This document shows, piece by piece, positions 35,833-46,485 of a stretch of DNA of 64,000 bases. Under the pieces are notes generated by a model. The model searched no databases. It saw nothing but the letters and a program-made list of their open reading frames with translations, and was not told the origin of the DNA. Both the position numbers and the translations under genes were made by a program. This DNA is from Eledone cirrhosa (lineage: Eukaryota). The stretch spans positions 1 to 64,000 of the forward strand of contig CAXHJY010000967.1 in assembly GCA_964016885.1 (NCBI GenBank), written 5' to 3'. How positions within the stretch are numbered: the first letter of the stretch is position 1; each line of letters opens with the position of its first letter.

Positions 35833-38064
35833 GTGAAGTGCGGAGTATTGCCGTTGATGGCGGTGGTGCAACCCACGAAGAGCAAGGTGAGGCCGGTGCT
35901 GGACTACCGAGAGCTGAACGAGCACGTGTCATGCCACACGGGTGGCGAGGTCACGGATGTCTGTGGGGAAACCCTGCGTGAGTGGAGACGCATGACGGGG
36001 GGCTCAGCGATCGTGGATCTAAAGTCGGCTTACTTGCAGTTGCATATAGATGAGAAGCTCTGGCGGTATCAGCTGGTCAGGTATAAGGGCCGGACATATT
36101 GCCTGACCAGGCTCGGTTTCGGGCTGAGCTCTGCACCGAAGATCATGGTGGCGGTCCTCAAGACCTCTCTGGGGAGGGCCGACAAGATAAAGAGGGCTAC
36201 TAACTCCTACATTGACGACATCCTAGTGGACGAGTCGGTGGTGTCGACGGCGGAGGTCACGAGCCATTTGAGGAGGTATGGACTGACTGCGAAGCCATCA
36301 GAAGCATTGGAGGGAGGAGCCGCGCTGGGACTTAGGCTACGGCGAGACAAGACGGGCGTTTTGGTGTTCCAGAGGGGAAACGAAGTTCCGGAACTGGGCC
36401 CAAGTATGAATATGCGGGAGCTTTTCTCGGTGTGTGGAAAGCTGGTGGGTCACTACCCGATCGCTGGGTGGCTCCGGACGGCATGCAGCTATATCAAGAG
36501 ACGAGCGGGAGGGGTGACTTGGAGTGACAGAGTGGGAGAGAGAACGGTGGCCATGATGCAGGAGATCGTGGGGAGGGTGAAGGCCGACGACCCAGTGCGG
36601 GGACGCTGGTACGTTCCCAAATCACGGAGCGGGACCGTATGGTGTGATGTCAGCAGCATAGCGCTGGGTCTCACGTTGGAGATAGGAGGTGTTGAGGTCG
36701 AGGATGCAGCCTGGCTTAGAAAGAAGGACGACTGCAGCCACATCAATGTGGCCGAGCTGGACGCGGTGTTGAGAGGGGTGAACCTCGCCCTGCGGTGGGG
36801 GATGCGCACCATCGAGATACGCACCGACTCGGCTACCGTACTCGGATGGGTAAGATCAGTGCTCACCAGTGAGAAGAGAGTGCGAACGAGAGGCGCGGCG
36901 GAGATGCTGAAAAAGCGCTGCCTGGGAACGTTAGGAGAGCTGGCCACCGAGTTCGACCTGAAGCTGAGCGTAGTGTTCGTGCCTTCAGAGAAAAATAGGG
37001 CGGACATCTTAACTAGAGTGAAGAAAGCCTGGATGGAAGCGCCGGAGGAGGTAGAGGATGAGATAGCTGCCGTGTGTCGGTTGACCGAGTTAGACCTGAA
37101 GGGGTTGCATGACATGCACCACATGGGGGTGGATAGGAGCCTGTTCCTAGCCAGGAGAATCGACTCGGACGTTAGCAGACACAGTGTTCGGGGGGTGGTT
37201 AGAGGCTGCGTCCGATGTCAGTCCATTGATCCCGCCCCGGGTGTACACGAAACGGGAAGCCTCCCGGTGGATCGCGACTGGAAGCGATTGGCGGTGGATG
37301 TGACGCACTACCGGCAGGGAACGTACCTCTCGATGGTCGACTGTGGACCGGGTCGAATGGCGATATGGAGGGAGATGAAGACTGGAACGGCCGAGGAAAT
37401 CGTGCGGACGTTGAGAGAGGTGTTCCTGGAGCGGGGCCCTGTGGATGAACTGCTGATGGACAACAGCGCAGCATTCCGCTTGGAGGCACTGAGGGGGATG
37501 CTCGATGGATGGAAGGTGGACCGTTTCTTCAGAGCGGCGCACAGGCCGAGCGGGAATGGAATCGTGGAGCGACACCACCGGACGATCAAGGCAATGGCGG
37601 AGCGGGGCCATATCTCACCAATGGAGGCAGTGTTCTGGTACAATATGTCCCCTCGGGTTGGACAGGTCGAGGAATCGGTGCCACACAGAGCAGTATTCAA
37701 ATACGAGTGGCGGCACCCGTGCACGCCACCACAACGGCCAGTGGGGAGAGAGAGTGTATTCGTGCAGGTGGGCGAAGAAGTCTGGGTTAAGCCCCCAGAT
37801 TCACGGTGCACATCTCAATGGGGAAGGGGAACGGTGACGGCCGTAAATTCAAAGAACAATGTGTCCGTGGACGGGGTACCACGTCATGTCCTGGATGTAA
37901 GAAGAATCACTGTATCGACGGACTCCGAGGAAGAGGAAACCCAAGATGAGGTGGAAACCCAGAGCCCTGCCCCAATACTACGAAGATTGCAACGAAGTCG
38001 TAGACCACCGACCTGGACGGCAGACTTTCATATGCAGAGGGACGAGGGGGAAATTGATCCTTGA
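35833..38064 (+). CDS. pol: Pol RT-RNase H-integrase of B (open; upstream protease region frameshifted)
   Basis: YIDD; WCD/AEL/TDS/NRAD; H..H..CVRC; VDV..MDN..VER. Confidence 0.92.
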   Translation: MKCGVLPLMAVVQPTKSKVRPVLDYRELNEHVSCHTGGEVTDVCGETLREWRRMTGGSAIVDLKSAYLQLHIDEKLWRYQLVRYKGRTYCLTRLGFGLSSAPKIMVAVLKTSLGRADKIKRATNSYIDDILVDESVVSTAEVTSHLRRYGLTAKPSEALEGGAALGLRLRRDKTGVLVFQRGNEVPELGPSMNMRELFSVCGKLVGHYPIAGWLRTACSYIKRRAGGVTWSDRVGERTVAMMQEIVGRVKADDPVRGRWYVPKSRSGTVWCDVSSIALGLTLEIGGVEVEDAAWLRKKDDCSHINVAELDAVLRGVNLALRWGMRTIEIRTDSATVLGWVRSVLTSEKRVRTRGAAEMLKKRCLGTLGELATEFDLKLSVVFVPSEKNRADILTRVKKAWMEAPEEVEDEIAAVCRLTELDLKGLHDMHHMGVDRSLFLARRIDSDVSRHSVRGVVRGCVRCQSIDPAPGVHETGSLPVDRDWKRLAVDVTHYRQGTYLSMVDCGPGRMAIWREMKTGTAEEIVRTLREVFLERGPVDELLMDNSAAFRLEALRGMLDGWKVDRFFRAAHRPSGNGIVERHHRTIKAMAERGHISPMEAVFWYNMSPRVGQVEESVPHRAVFKYEWRHPCTPPQRPVGRESVFVQVGEEVWVKPPDSRCTSQWGRGTVTAVNSKNNVSVDGVPRHVLDVRRITVSTDSEEEETQDEVETQSPAPILRRLQRSRRPPTWTADFHMQRDEGEIDP

Positions 38065-39724
38065 GATCAGGGGGGCGTGTGGGTATGGTGTGGCGTGCGG
38101 TGGCCGGGGGGGGGGGGGGGGGGGGTGCTCGACCGGAAGGGGTTTTTGAGTGCTCGACCGGAAGGGGTCTTTTTGACCGGAAGGATGCTCGACCGGAAGG
38201 GCCAGGAGAGGGCCTCTCTCTAGTGGTGACCAGCATACGGTGAGGACGCGTTTTGGGCAGCTCCCGGTTTTAAGCAGTCGGACGCATGTGGAAGAGGAGT
38301 ACCTGCAGTGGAATTTAGCGGCGCCTGTGAAAAGCGGTAAGTGAGATAGCTTTTTCTAACCACACCTCTCACAGTATTACAGTTTTGGTGGTCTTATTCG
38401 TGCAAGTCACCAATTTGGTACTTTGTCAAACCCGCGAAAACTAGGTTTTTTTAGAAGCAGCCTTTACTCGCCTCATCATACTACATCACTGCGTTATGAG
38501 AGTTTACTTAGGAGCTGTAGCGAGCTACTTTCCTTTGGCGCATTGATAGGCTATTCGTGCATGATTTGGCTAAGTCAGGCCAATCGTGAGCCGCGCACGG
38601 ATATGTATTTTCAACTTCCGCCTAAACTGAGACTTTCCCGCTACTTTCAATAAACTCTATCTCTTGAAGCTTTGATCGTGGAAAGGTAAACAACCATTTT
38701 TCTTTTGCCGTGAACCATTGGCCAATATGTAACACCACAGCATAACCACGGACCTGGTTAACACCTCAGCCAATGGACCGTGTCTCATTAAAATCTTAAT
38801 TAGTTTGTTTCATTTGTTTTGGCATGCCAGCTCAACCTTTGTAAATAAATGATGTAAAAGACGTTGTAAAGTCTTGTGATGCTATTTACCACAGCCATTG
38901 TCTATTAATGTGATATGGAAAGATTCCTTCCAGTGTTATCACAGCAGCAACAGAACCTGAGACTTACAGCCAAACCTCAATTCAACTTACATTTATTGAT
39001 ATAACAAACCATACCTTTCCTGAACAACTAAACTGGTGACTATTAAATGCCTGCTATATTGGTGGCCTCTGTTAATACAAACAAACAAAAAATACAAATA
39101 TAAATCCAAATATATTATCATTTTATAACCTCCTAAAGTGGTGACCTGCCGTACAAAATAAAAATATTGCTAGAGAGCTACAGGTGTCACCCATTTCTCT
39201 ATCTCCCCTAGTAGTTTACCACTGTTGGTGGGGGATTCTTTATCCGCCTGGCAGCTGTCTGCTTATATTGCAACTAACCATCATATCTGGTGGCCATATT
39301 GCTATTGACCACCTGTGACCTGTTCTCTAGCCGAACAGGTCTGTTATGCCCCCCTCCCCCGGTTAAATCTATGCTAAGTGTCTGGCAAAGAGATTGTCGA
39401 GTCCAAGCTAGCTGATGACCAGTGCGGTTTTGCCCGGACGCTGCACAACCGACCAAATATTCACACTGCTGTAGGTCTTCGAGAAATCATGGGAGTATTG
39501 CCAAGAGGTATATTCTGGTTTTGTAGACCTTGAAAAGGCATATGACCACATTCCTCGGGACCTGTTGTGGAAGGTTCTGCAAGAGTATGGGATCGATGGT
39601 CAGCTTCTTGCAGCTCTGATGTTTCTATATGAATACACAAGTATTTGTGTTCGGATAAATGGTACTAAATCGAAACCATTTAATGTGAGAGTCGGATTCC
39701 GCCAAGAGTGTGTACTGTCACCTC

Positions 39725-39891
39725 TCAGGGTCGGACACCATGCTTTGTAGCATAGAGTTACGGCCCTTGCCATTCTGAGTTCAAATCCCGCCGGGGTTAA
39801 CTTTGCCTTTCATCCTTACGGGGTTGATAAAATAAAGTACCAGTAATGCACTGGGTAATTGCTGGCCTTGTGCCAAAACTAGAAACAATTA
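39725..39891 (+). mobile_element. tRNA-derived SINE (copies ~57153-57341, ~58174-58360)
   Basis: B-box-like GAGTTCAAATCC followed by GCCTTTCATCCTTACGGGGTCGATAAAATAAAGTACCAG shared among three copies. Confidence 0.75.
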
Positions 39892-40127
39892 TTTACATGA
39901 ACAGGATTGACATGCGCATCCGTGTTGGAAGTGGTATCATGATTGGCAGGTGTAAAATCAGTCAACTGGAATTTGCTGATGACATGGTGTTACTTAACTC
40001 AACAGAAAATGATCTCTGACTTTCACTTAATAGATTTGATGCTGGGTGCTGCATTACTGGAATAAAAATCAGTGCTGTGAAAACTGCGACACTTGTCCTC
40101 TCAAGGAAGCCTGTGCAGTGTACTCTA

Positions 40128-40161
<34 letters not shown>

Positions 40162-40460
40162 TTCGTTTAGTGTCCATTTTCCACGCTAGCATGGGTTAGA
40201 CGGGAGTTGTCCCACTTGAGGCAAGGTTGGTCGGGTGACCGTGTCTCGCTCATATAGGACTATCTGGCAGGTTTTCTACGGCTGGATGCCCTTCCTAACA
40301 CCAACCACATTTACAGTGTGGAACTGGGAACTTTTTACCGTGTTACCTACACGACCACATTACAGCTTGGACTGTGTATTTTTTTCTCGTGACACCTACA
40401 CGATCTCAATCTCATTATCTCATTTATTTGGAATGGATGTTGAGGTACCAACTTTATAGA
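40128..40460 (-). mobile_element. RTE 3' UTR fragment with (GAT)n tail
   Basis: Similar to 631-930. Confidence 0.8.
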
Positions 40461-41045
40461 GTGTAAATGGAATTGTACTGAAGCAGGTGGAGAAGTTCAA
40501 GTATCGCAAGGCTGAATTAAGTGCAAGAATTGCAGGAGCTGGTGCAGTAATGCGCCAGCTTCAGCATTCAGTAACCAGAAGAAGGGAGGTAGGTGTAAAA
40601 GCCAAACTCGCTATCTTCAATTCGGTATTCGTGCCAACTCTTACCTATAGTCATGGATCTTGGGTAATGACCGAAAAAATATGATTGCTAATACAAGCGA
40701 CCGAAATAGGATTCATCCAAAGGGTCTTTAAAGTAACGTTACTCGTTAGAGTTCATAACACAGAGATCAGATAGTCACTCCAGGTAGAGGCAGTACTTCT
40801 CAGAATTAACAGAACACAGCTCCGATACTCTGGGCATGTGATTAGCTCAGAAAAGAATCACTGGATAGATTTTAAGGACAAAACCAACCGACAGGGGCCC
40901 CAGGCGTACACCTAGAGCAAGATGGTCTCGCTTGGGAATCAAGCCGGGTCAGTTGGAGACGGTTGCTTCTGATAGGACCCGCTGGAAGGAGGGTTTGAGG
41001 ACTCTTCCCCCAACACTCTCTCAGGAATAAGTGGGAGAAAATGAA

Positions 41046-41104
<59 letters not shown>

Positions 41105-41106
<2 letters not shown>

Positions 41107-43930
41107 AGGCTGGATTAAAACCCTTAGAGGCCCTAAGCACTAAAGAATTTTGTTGGCCCAATACATTTGTAGATCAAAACATAAACAATAATATATGGTA
41201 AATTAAAGTTTTATTTATTGAAATTTCAAAATAAAGCAAAACATACAGAAAGAGAGAAAATAATTTTATTTATTAAATAATTTTTTCCTGTTTTTTTTCT
41301 TGCAAAGTCTTTGATCAGATTCTCGTAACCAATCTTGCGTAACACATCTGCTTCTATACACAATAGGGATAAAGCATCCTGTATTGTTGCATGGTTGTTG
41401 TGAAGGAATTTTTAATATATTTCAACTGTGAAAATGAACGCTCTGCTGAGCAGTTAGTAACCAATAATGTTAAAAATATACGAAAGGCTATGTCTACATT
41501 TGGAAATGCACACTCAATATTGTCTTTTACAATAATTTTATAAAGTTTACCATGATTAAATCTTGTTTTTACATTTTCTGTTCTACTCATCTTATTTCGC
41601 ACATATAAATGAAACTGCTGAAGCTCAGCTGAGAAATTACTATTGAAGTCCTCTGGATAAGCATCGATCAACTTTTGACAGTACTGAGAATACCTTTCAA
41701 TATTAGTAGCTGATAAAGTGCCTATATTTGGCACATCACTAAGAAAAGAAAATTTCTCTGCCATTTCTTTGTATATCTCTACTCTTCTTTCCATCTCAGC
41801 TGCAAGTGTGTCAACAATTGTGTAAAATGTGGTGATACGAAACTTATCTCTGGCATCTAAATAAACTTCTGCTGTGTCTCCGTCATTGGGTACTTTTTTT
41901 CTAATACGTTTGCGAGTTGCAGTTGTCCTGTAATCAACATCTGGAAGAATTTCCTTGGCCTCTTTTTCATATCTTTTAAATTCATCTTGTGAGGTGTTCA
42001 GTTGGTCAGCTAATGATGCATAGATATCTGCACATGTCTTTAAGTTCGCATCCTCATTTTGTAGAACTTTGCTTACTCTGTGAAAATTCTGCAAAATCTC
42101 ATTCCAAAAAATCAACATAAAACGAATTCTAGCTCTTGCATCTTATCAACAATATTATTTGCCTCTCTTCTAGCGTCTCCCTTTTGTGATTGATCTTCGG
42201 CTATATATTCTAATGCCTCGGAAATCTCAAGCAACAATTTCAAGATTGTTGGTGTTGCCATAGCATGTGCTTCCTATCTTGCATCAGAGAGGGATTTCAA
42301 GACACATTCATTCTTAATACAATCTTTGAGAATTTTCCAACGGTTAGTGGAAGCGGAAAAAAAATTATGGAGTTACTGTACTGTAGAGAAAAAATTAACA
42401 GCCTCTTGAGAGCAGTCAACAGCACTCTGGCCAACAAGATTTAATGAATGAGCTGCACAGGGCACATATATAGCAAACTTGTTTGTTTCTAAAATTGTTT
42501 GCTGCATCTCCTTATAACGCCCAGACATGTTAGCAGCATTGTCATAAGTCTGACCCCTACATTTAACCCACAAGCTTCACGTAAATGCAGCAGCACCTGG
42601 TTCGCCATATTCTCGCCAGTGTGGTTTTCTATTATGATGAAGGTTAAAAATCGTTCAATAGGCTGTCCATCTTGTAAATACCTAAGTACAACACTCAATT
42701 GATCGCTATGTGATAAATCTGGTGTTGAATCAACGGACAAACTAAAATAACCAGAAGATTTAACTTCGTTAATAATGAACTCACGGAGTTGTTGTGCCAT
42801 TAGTTGAATAATTTCCTTGATAGTGGTTTTTGACATGTAAGAAGGATTTCCTTTTCCAGAATTTCCATATTTAGAAATGTGGCCTGCTAAAAATGGATCA
42901 AACTGGCTTATGAGTTCAAGCAGCCCTAAAAAATTCCCATTTTACAACGATCCAAACTTCTCTTCACTTCCTCGAAAAGGCAAGCCACGTTCAGCTAACG
43001 TACAAATAACAGCTACAACACGCCTCAAAACGTGTTCCCAGTAATTGCACTCTTCATGAATTTGTTTCTCCAAATCTGACTTTAACCCCGCACCTTGCCT
43101 GCGAGTTAAATATGCCTGCAAAGAGTCTCGGTGAATAATGCTTTTCTCATGTTTTTCAATTACAATAGTATTGTACCAATCACTGAACCCTTCTCTTGAA
43201 ACAAAAATTGAATTTTTTTCACGAGCAAACAGTTTACAAACAAAACAATAAACTCATCCTCTTGATGGTGAATAGAGTAACCACTCTCTCTTGTATTTTT
43301 CACCATTGGCTTTTGTCCCAATAAAAAGTTTCTGTGAGCAATACCTTACTGGTTTTCCACTACTAAAATGACGGCAAGACTTTTCAAATGGCCCGTTGTG
43401 GTGTTGACAAATACTGGGTTCACAAGTAATCCAATAAGCTATATCATTAGCAGAGAAATCAAGCCACATTCCTGGATCGTTCGGTAAATTGTAATTTTCT
43501 TCATTTTTTACAGGCAAATTAATTTCACCACCATTGTCACAGTGCTCTAAACTTCTATTTTCAGCAATTATTTGAGCCCTATCATCATTTGCAGTAGAGG
43601 TATCCGAATAAAGAGAATTCACAGGCAAAGTAAGATCAGTTGTGAAACATGTGCTGGATGAACATGCTTGCGACATCTCGATACTTCTAATGTCATCATA
43701 TTTTGATTCTGAAGTAATCAAAGTTGTATTTGCCGTCTGTTGTATTCATGTCTACTTCTGATAACGTATATCGGTTTTGACCTGGAATCTGTAAATCATG
43801 TTGTGGAACTTAGTCAGCTTTGCTGTCTTGCGATCTAATTCCGAAGCATTTTCTTCTTTCTTGTTTGAAGCTTTTGTTTTTGTGCTACATTTAACTGAAT
43901 GCGTTTTATCTTGGTTTTTGGGATCTGTTA
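41105..43930 (-). mobile_element. Degenerate hAT DNA transposon (ZMYM1-like transposase)
   Basis: WLLYS, LPFRG..GNFLGLLEL, DSTPDLSH.DQLS, GQTYDNAANMSG, CAAHSLNL and CSAERSFSQLK motifs; TIR-like CAAGGCTGGATT at 41105; second TIR not found. Confidence 0.85.
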
Positions 43931-43949
43931 ATTAGATTTGAATGGATGA

Positions 43950-44960
43950 GGTGTTTATCACTGCGGAACGGGAAGATGGTCATGCCACCTGGCCTTTTCT
44001 GTCCCCTCGGTCCAGCCCCATCGGCTCGAGCTGGGAGGGGAAGACTGCAGCATCCAAGCTATGCTTTGTGAGAGCAGCATGGCGTGGAAGGCGGACGGCA
44101 CTGTAGCGACAAGACAGCGGATGGAGGCCGAAAGTGTCTACGGTAGATCCGCAGCGACATTTGTGTGGCTCGCAGATCCGGTGGCTGAGCCTCAAGGAAA
44201 CCTTGATTCGCAGACTATCATTATCTAGTTGCGTGCCAGTCGAAAAGGAGGTGAAGGCATTGAGACAGGCACCGCTGTGGAATTGCGAGGCGATGCTGGT
44301 CCAGCTGGGGCGGCCATGTCACAGTGGATGGCATCCCATATGCTCTGGGGGCATTTGACAGGTTGTGTCCGAGCCGGTTCCAAGTTTTGCAGGTGGCCTC
44401 ACTTTCCGCGATCACAGTGGGTTCCGCTGTGTTCCGGGCATCACCTGACACTTCAATAAGGCGAGCCGCCAGCGATGACAAGAACTTCGTTGTCTCGAAC
44501 GCCACAGGCTGGAAAAAATAATTACTGGATAAATCCAGGTATTTCCGAATTTTATTCTGTTCGGCAACGGAAGCAGCGGCGTCCATGATGTGGGAGGGAG
44601 CAAAAGAGTCACTGACTGTGATGGCCCAGATGAGACACCTACCTCTTACCCAGGGACAATGGGTAAGGATGTCTGGTCGCTTCCCAACACTTCTGGATAA
44701 ATCAGTCGGCTCCAGAACTGAGGGGATATTTATCCAAACCAGGTCCCTTTTAACTCGGTGCGGAGGGCGAAACTACCAGCATTCAGACAGCAGGACAAAC
44801 CACGTAGCCTCGTGGAGTCGAGGTACCTACCATAGCAGCATCACAGAGCCTCCCCAGGCGTCTTCTCCCACTCGAAGTGCAATGGAGATGCGGAGCGCGT
44901 CCTGACTGAGAAGGCCACCATTGTTAGCTGCAAGCAGGACATCAGTCCAGTCCCCAAGAA
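43950..44960 (-). mobile_element. CRE-like restriction-endonuclease non-LTR fragments (rearranged)
   Basis: CRCG..D..GLHPLSC..RH zinc knuckle, EPMGLDRGD, GKRPD..W..GRCLIW, AEQNKIRKY..FQPVAFET. Confidence 0.65.
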
Positions 44961-45436
44961 CTTTGCGCTTGTTCATACACGGAACAAAAACCGCTACCTA
45001 ATATTTCAAGGTCCAATTATAACCATCTCCCCACATTGTAAATGGTGGTGTAGAATAGAAGAACGATTAAAGTTGTGAACTAATCATCAGGCGCTTGGAT
45101 GAGTTAGAAGAAACCGTTAAAATATATAGTGTTAAACTCTTCTTTAGGAAAAAAATATTTATATATAACGTAGTATAACAAAGGGAAATAACTCACGATG
45201 TAAAATTGAAATTGCTATGTTAGTGTTCGTGTGTACGTAATATAGTAGATGTGTGGTATTATGAGATATTTATTTAAGTTATGGAGTTGAGTTGTATAGA
45301 ATGTGTACCGTATTATGTAAGTGCGTAGTTGTGGAAAAAGAAAAGATAAGAAAGTATAGAAATCAATATCAAGATGGCTGGAGATCACGTGAATTCATTA
45401 TAGACTTCTAAAAGTTTCGTTCGTAGAGATCAAATT

Positions 45437-45550
45437 GTATGTATGTATGTATGTATGTATGTATGTATGTATGTATGTATGTATGTATGTATGTGTGTAT
45501 GTATGTGTGTATGTATGTATGTGTGTATGTATGTATGTATGTATGTATGT
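45437..45550. repeat. (TATG)n microsatellite (also ~46405-46485, ~49780-49828, ~50808-50858)
   Basis: Visible repeat. Confidence 0.95.
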
Positions 45551-46404
45551 ATCCAAAATCACTGGGAGAGATGACCCCTTAGCCTTTGTCAAGGCAGAAT
45601 TCTAGGAGAAGGAAAACTCTTATATAACACCTGCAACCCTGATGGTATCCAATGATGTTGACTTGTTCTTCTTTTTGGTAAATATCGTCTTGGTTAAGAG
45701 AGTGGGACTGGCTTTGTGCAGTGCCTTTGCTCACTATAAAAGCTTCACGGCACAGGCATTGCTTTATATCTGGAGATCTCTCTGCACTTGTCGTCACATG
45801 GTACCATGGGCCCAACATTATGTGTCAATGATTGTCACAGGTGTAGTGTTTGTACCAGAGTTTTCAAGTCGCTGGCTGGACTAAAAAGTCACACCCGTTC
45901 AGCGCATCGGTAGGGGTTCTCCTACATGGATATAAAGTAGTGGCCGTACTCGAAAACGAGTTGGCAGCCACCATGTATATATGTATATATGTATGTATGT
46001 CGGGAGAGATGACCCCTTAGCCTTTGTCAAGGCAGAATTCTAGGAGAAGGAAAACTCTGGTATAACACCTGCAACTCTGATGGTATCCAATGACTTGTTC
46101 TTCTTTTTGGTAAATATCATCTTGGTTAAGAGAGTGGGACTGGCTTTGTGCAGTGCCTTTGCTCACTATAAAAGCTTCACGGCACAGGCATTGCTTTATA
46201 TCTGGAGATCTCTCTACACTTGTCATCACATGGTACCATGGGCCCAACATTATGTGTCAATAATTGTCACAAGTGTAGTGTTTGTACCAGAGTTTTCAAG
46301 TCGCTGGCTGGACTAAAAAGTCACACCCGTTCAGCGCATCGGTAGGGGTTCTCCTACATGGATATAAAATAGTGGCCGTACTCAAAAACGAGTTGGCAGC
46401 CACC
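45551..46404 (+). mobile_element. Two tandem 5'-truncated copies of a non-autonomous retroelement with a (TATG)n tail
   Basis: 45551-45972 and 46001-46404 match the 3' part of 50860-51450; shared 3' hairpin. Confidence 0.75.
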
Positions 46405-46485
46405 ATGTATGTATGTATGTATGTATGTATGTATGTATGTATGTATGTATGTATGTATGTATGTATGTATGTATGTATGTATGTA

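Larger units (their letters stand above)
6310..36309. repeat. Three-copy tandem array of a ~10 kb unit (6310-16277, 16278-26267, 26268-~36309)
   Basis: Near-identical ORF sets recur at ~10 kb period; identical junction GAAGCATTG|TATAATAAAC at 16279 and 26269. Confidence 0.95.
34153..38364 (+). mobile_element. Full-length LTR retrotransposon B (5' LTR 34153-34425, 3' LTR 38078-38364)
   Basis: TG..CA LTRs; PBS 34426-34437; PPT AGGGGGGCG before the 3' LTR; gag and pol present. Confidence 0.95.
39360..41045 (+). pseudogene. Degenerate RTE-like LINE RT remnant interrupted by a SINE and an RTE 3' fragment
   Basis: FVDLEKAYDHIP, RQECVLSPL, FADD and LTYSHGSW fragments with stops. Confidence 0.8.
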
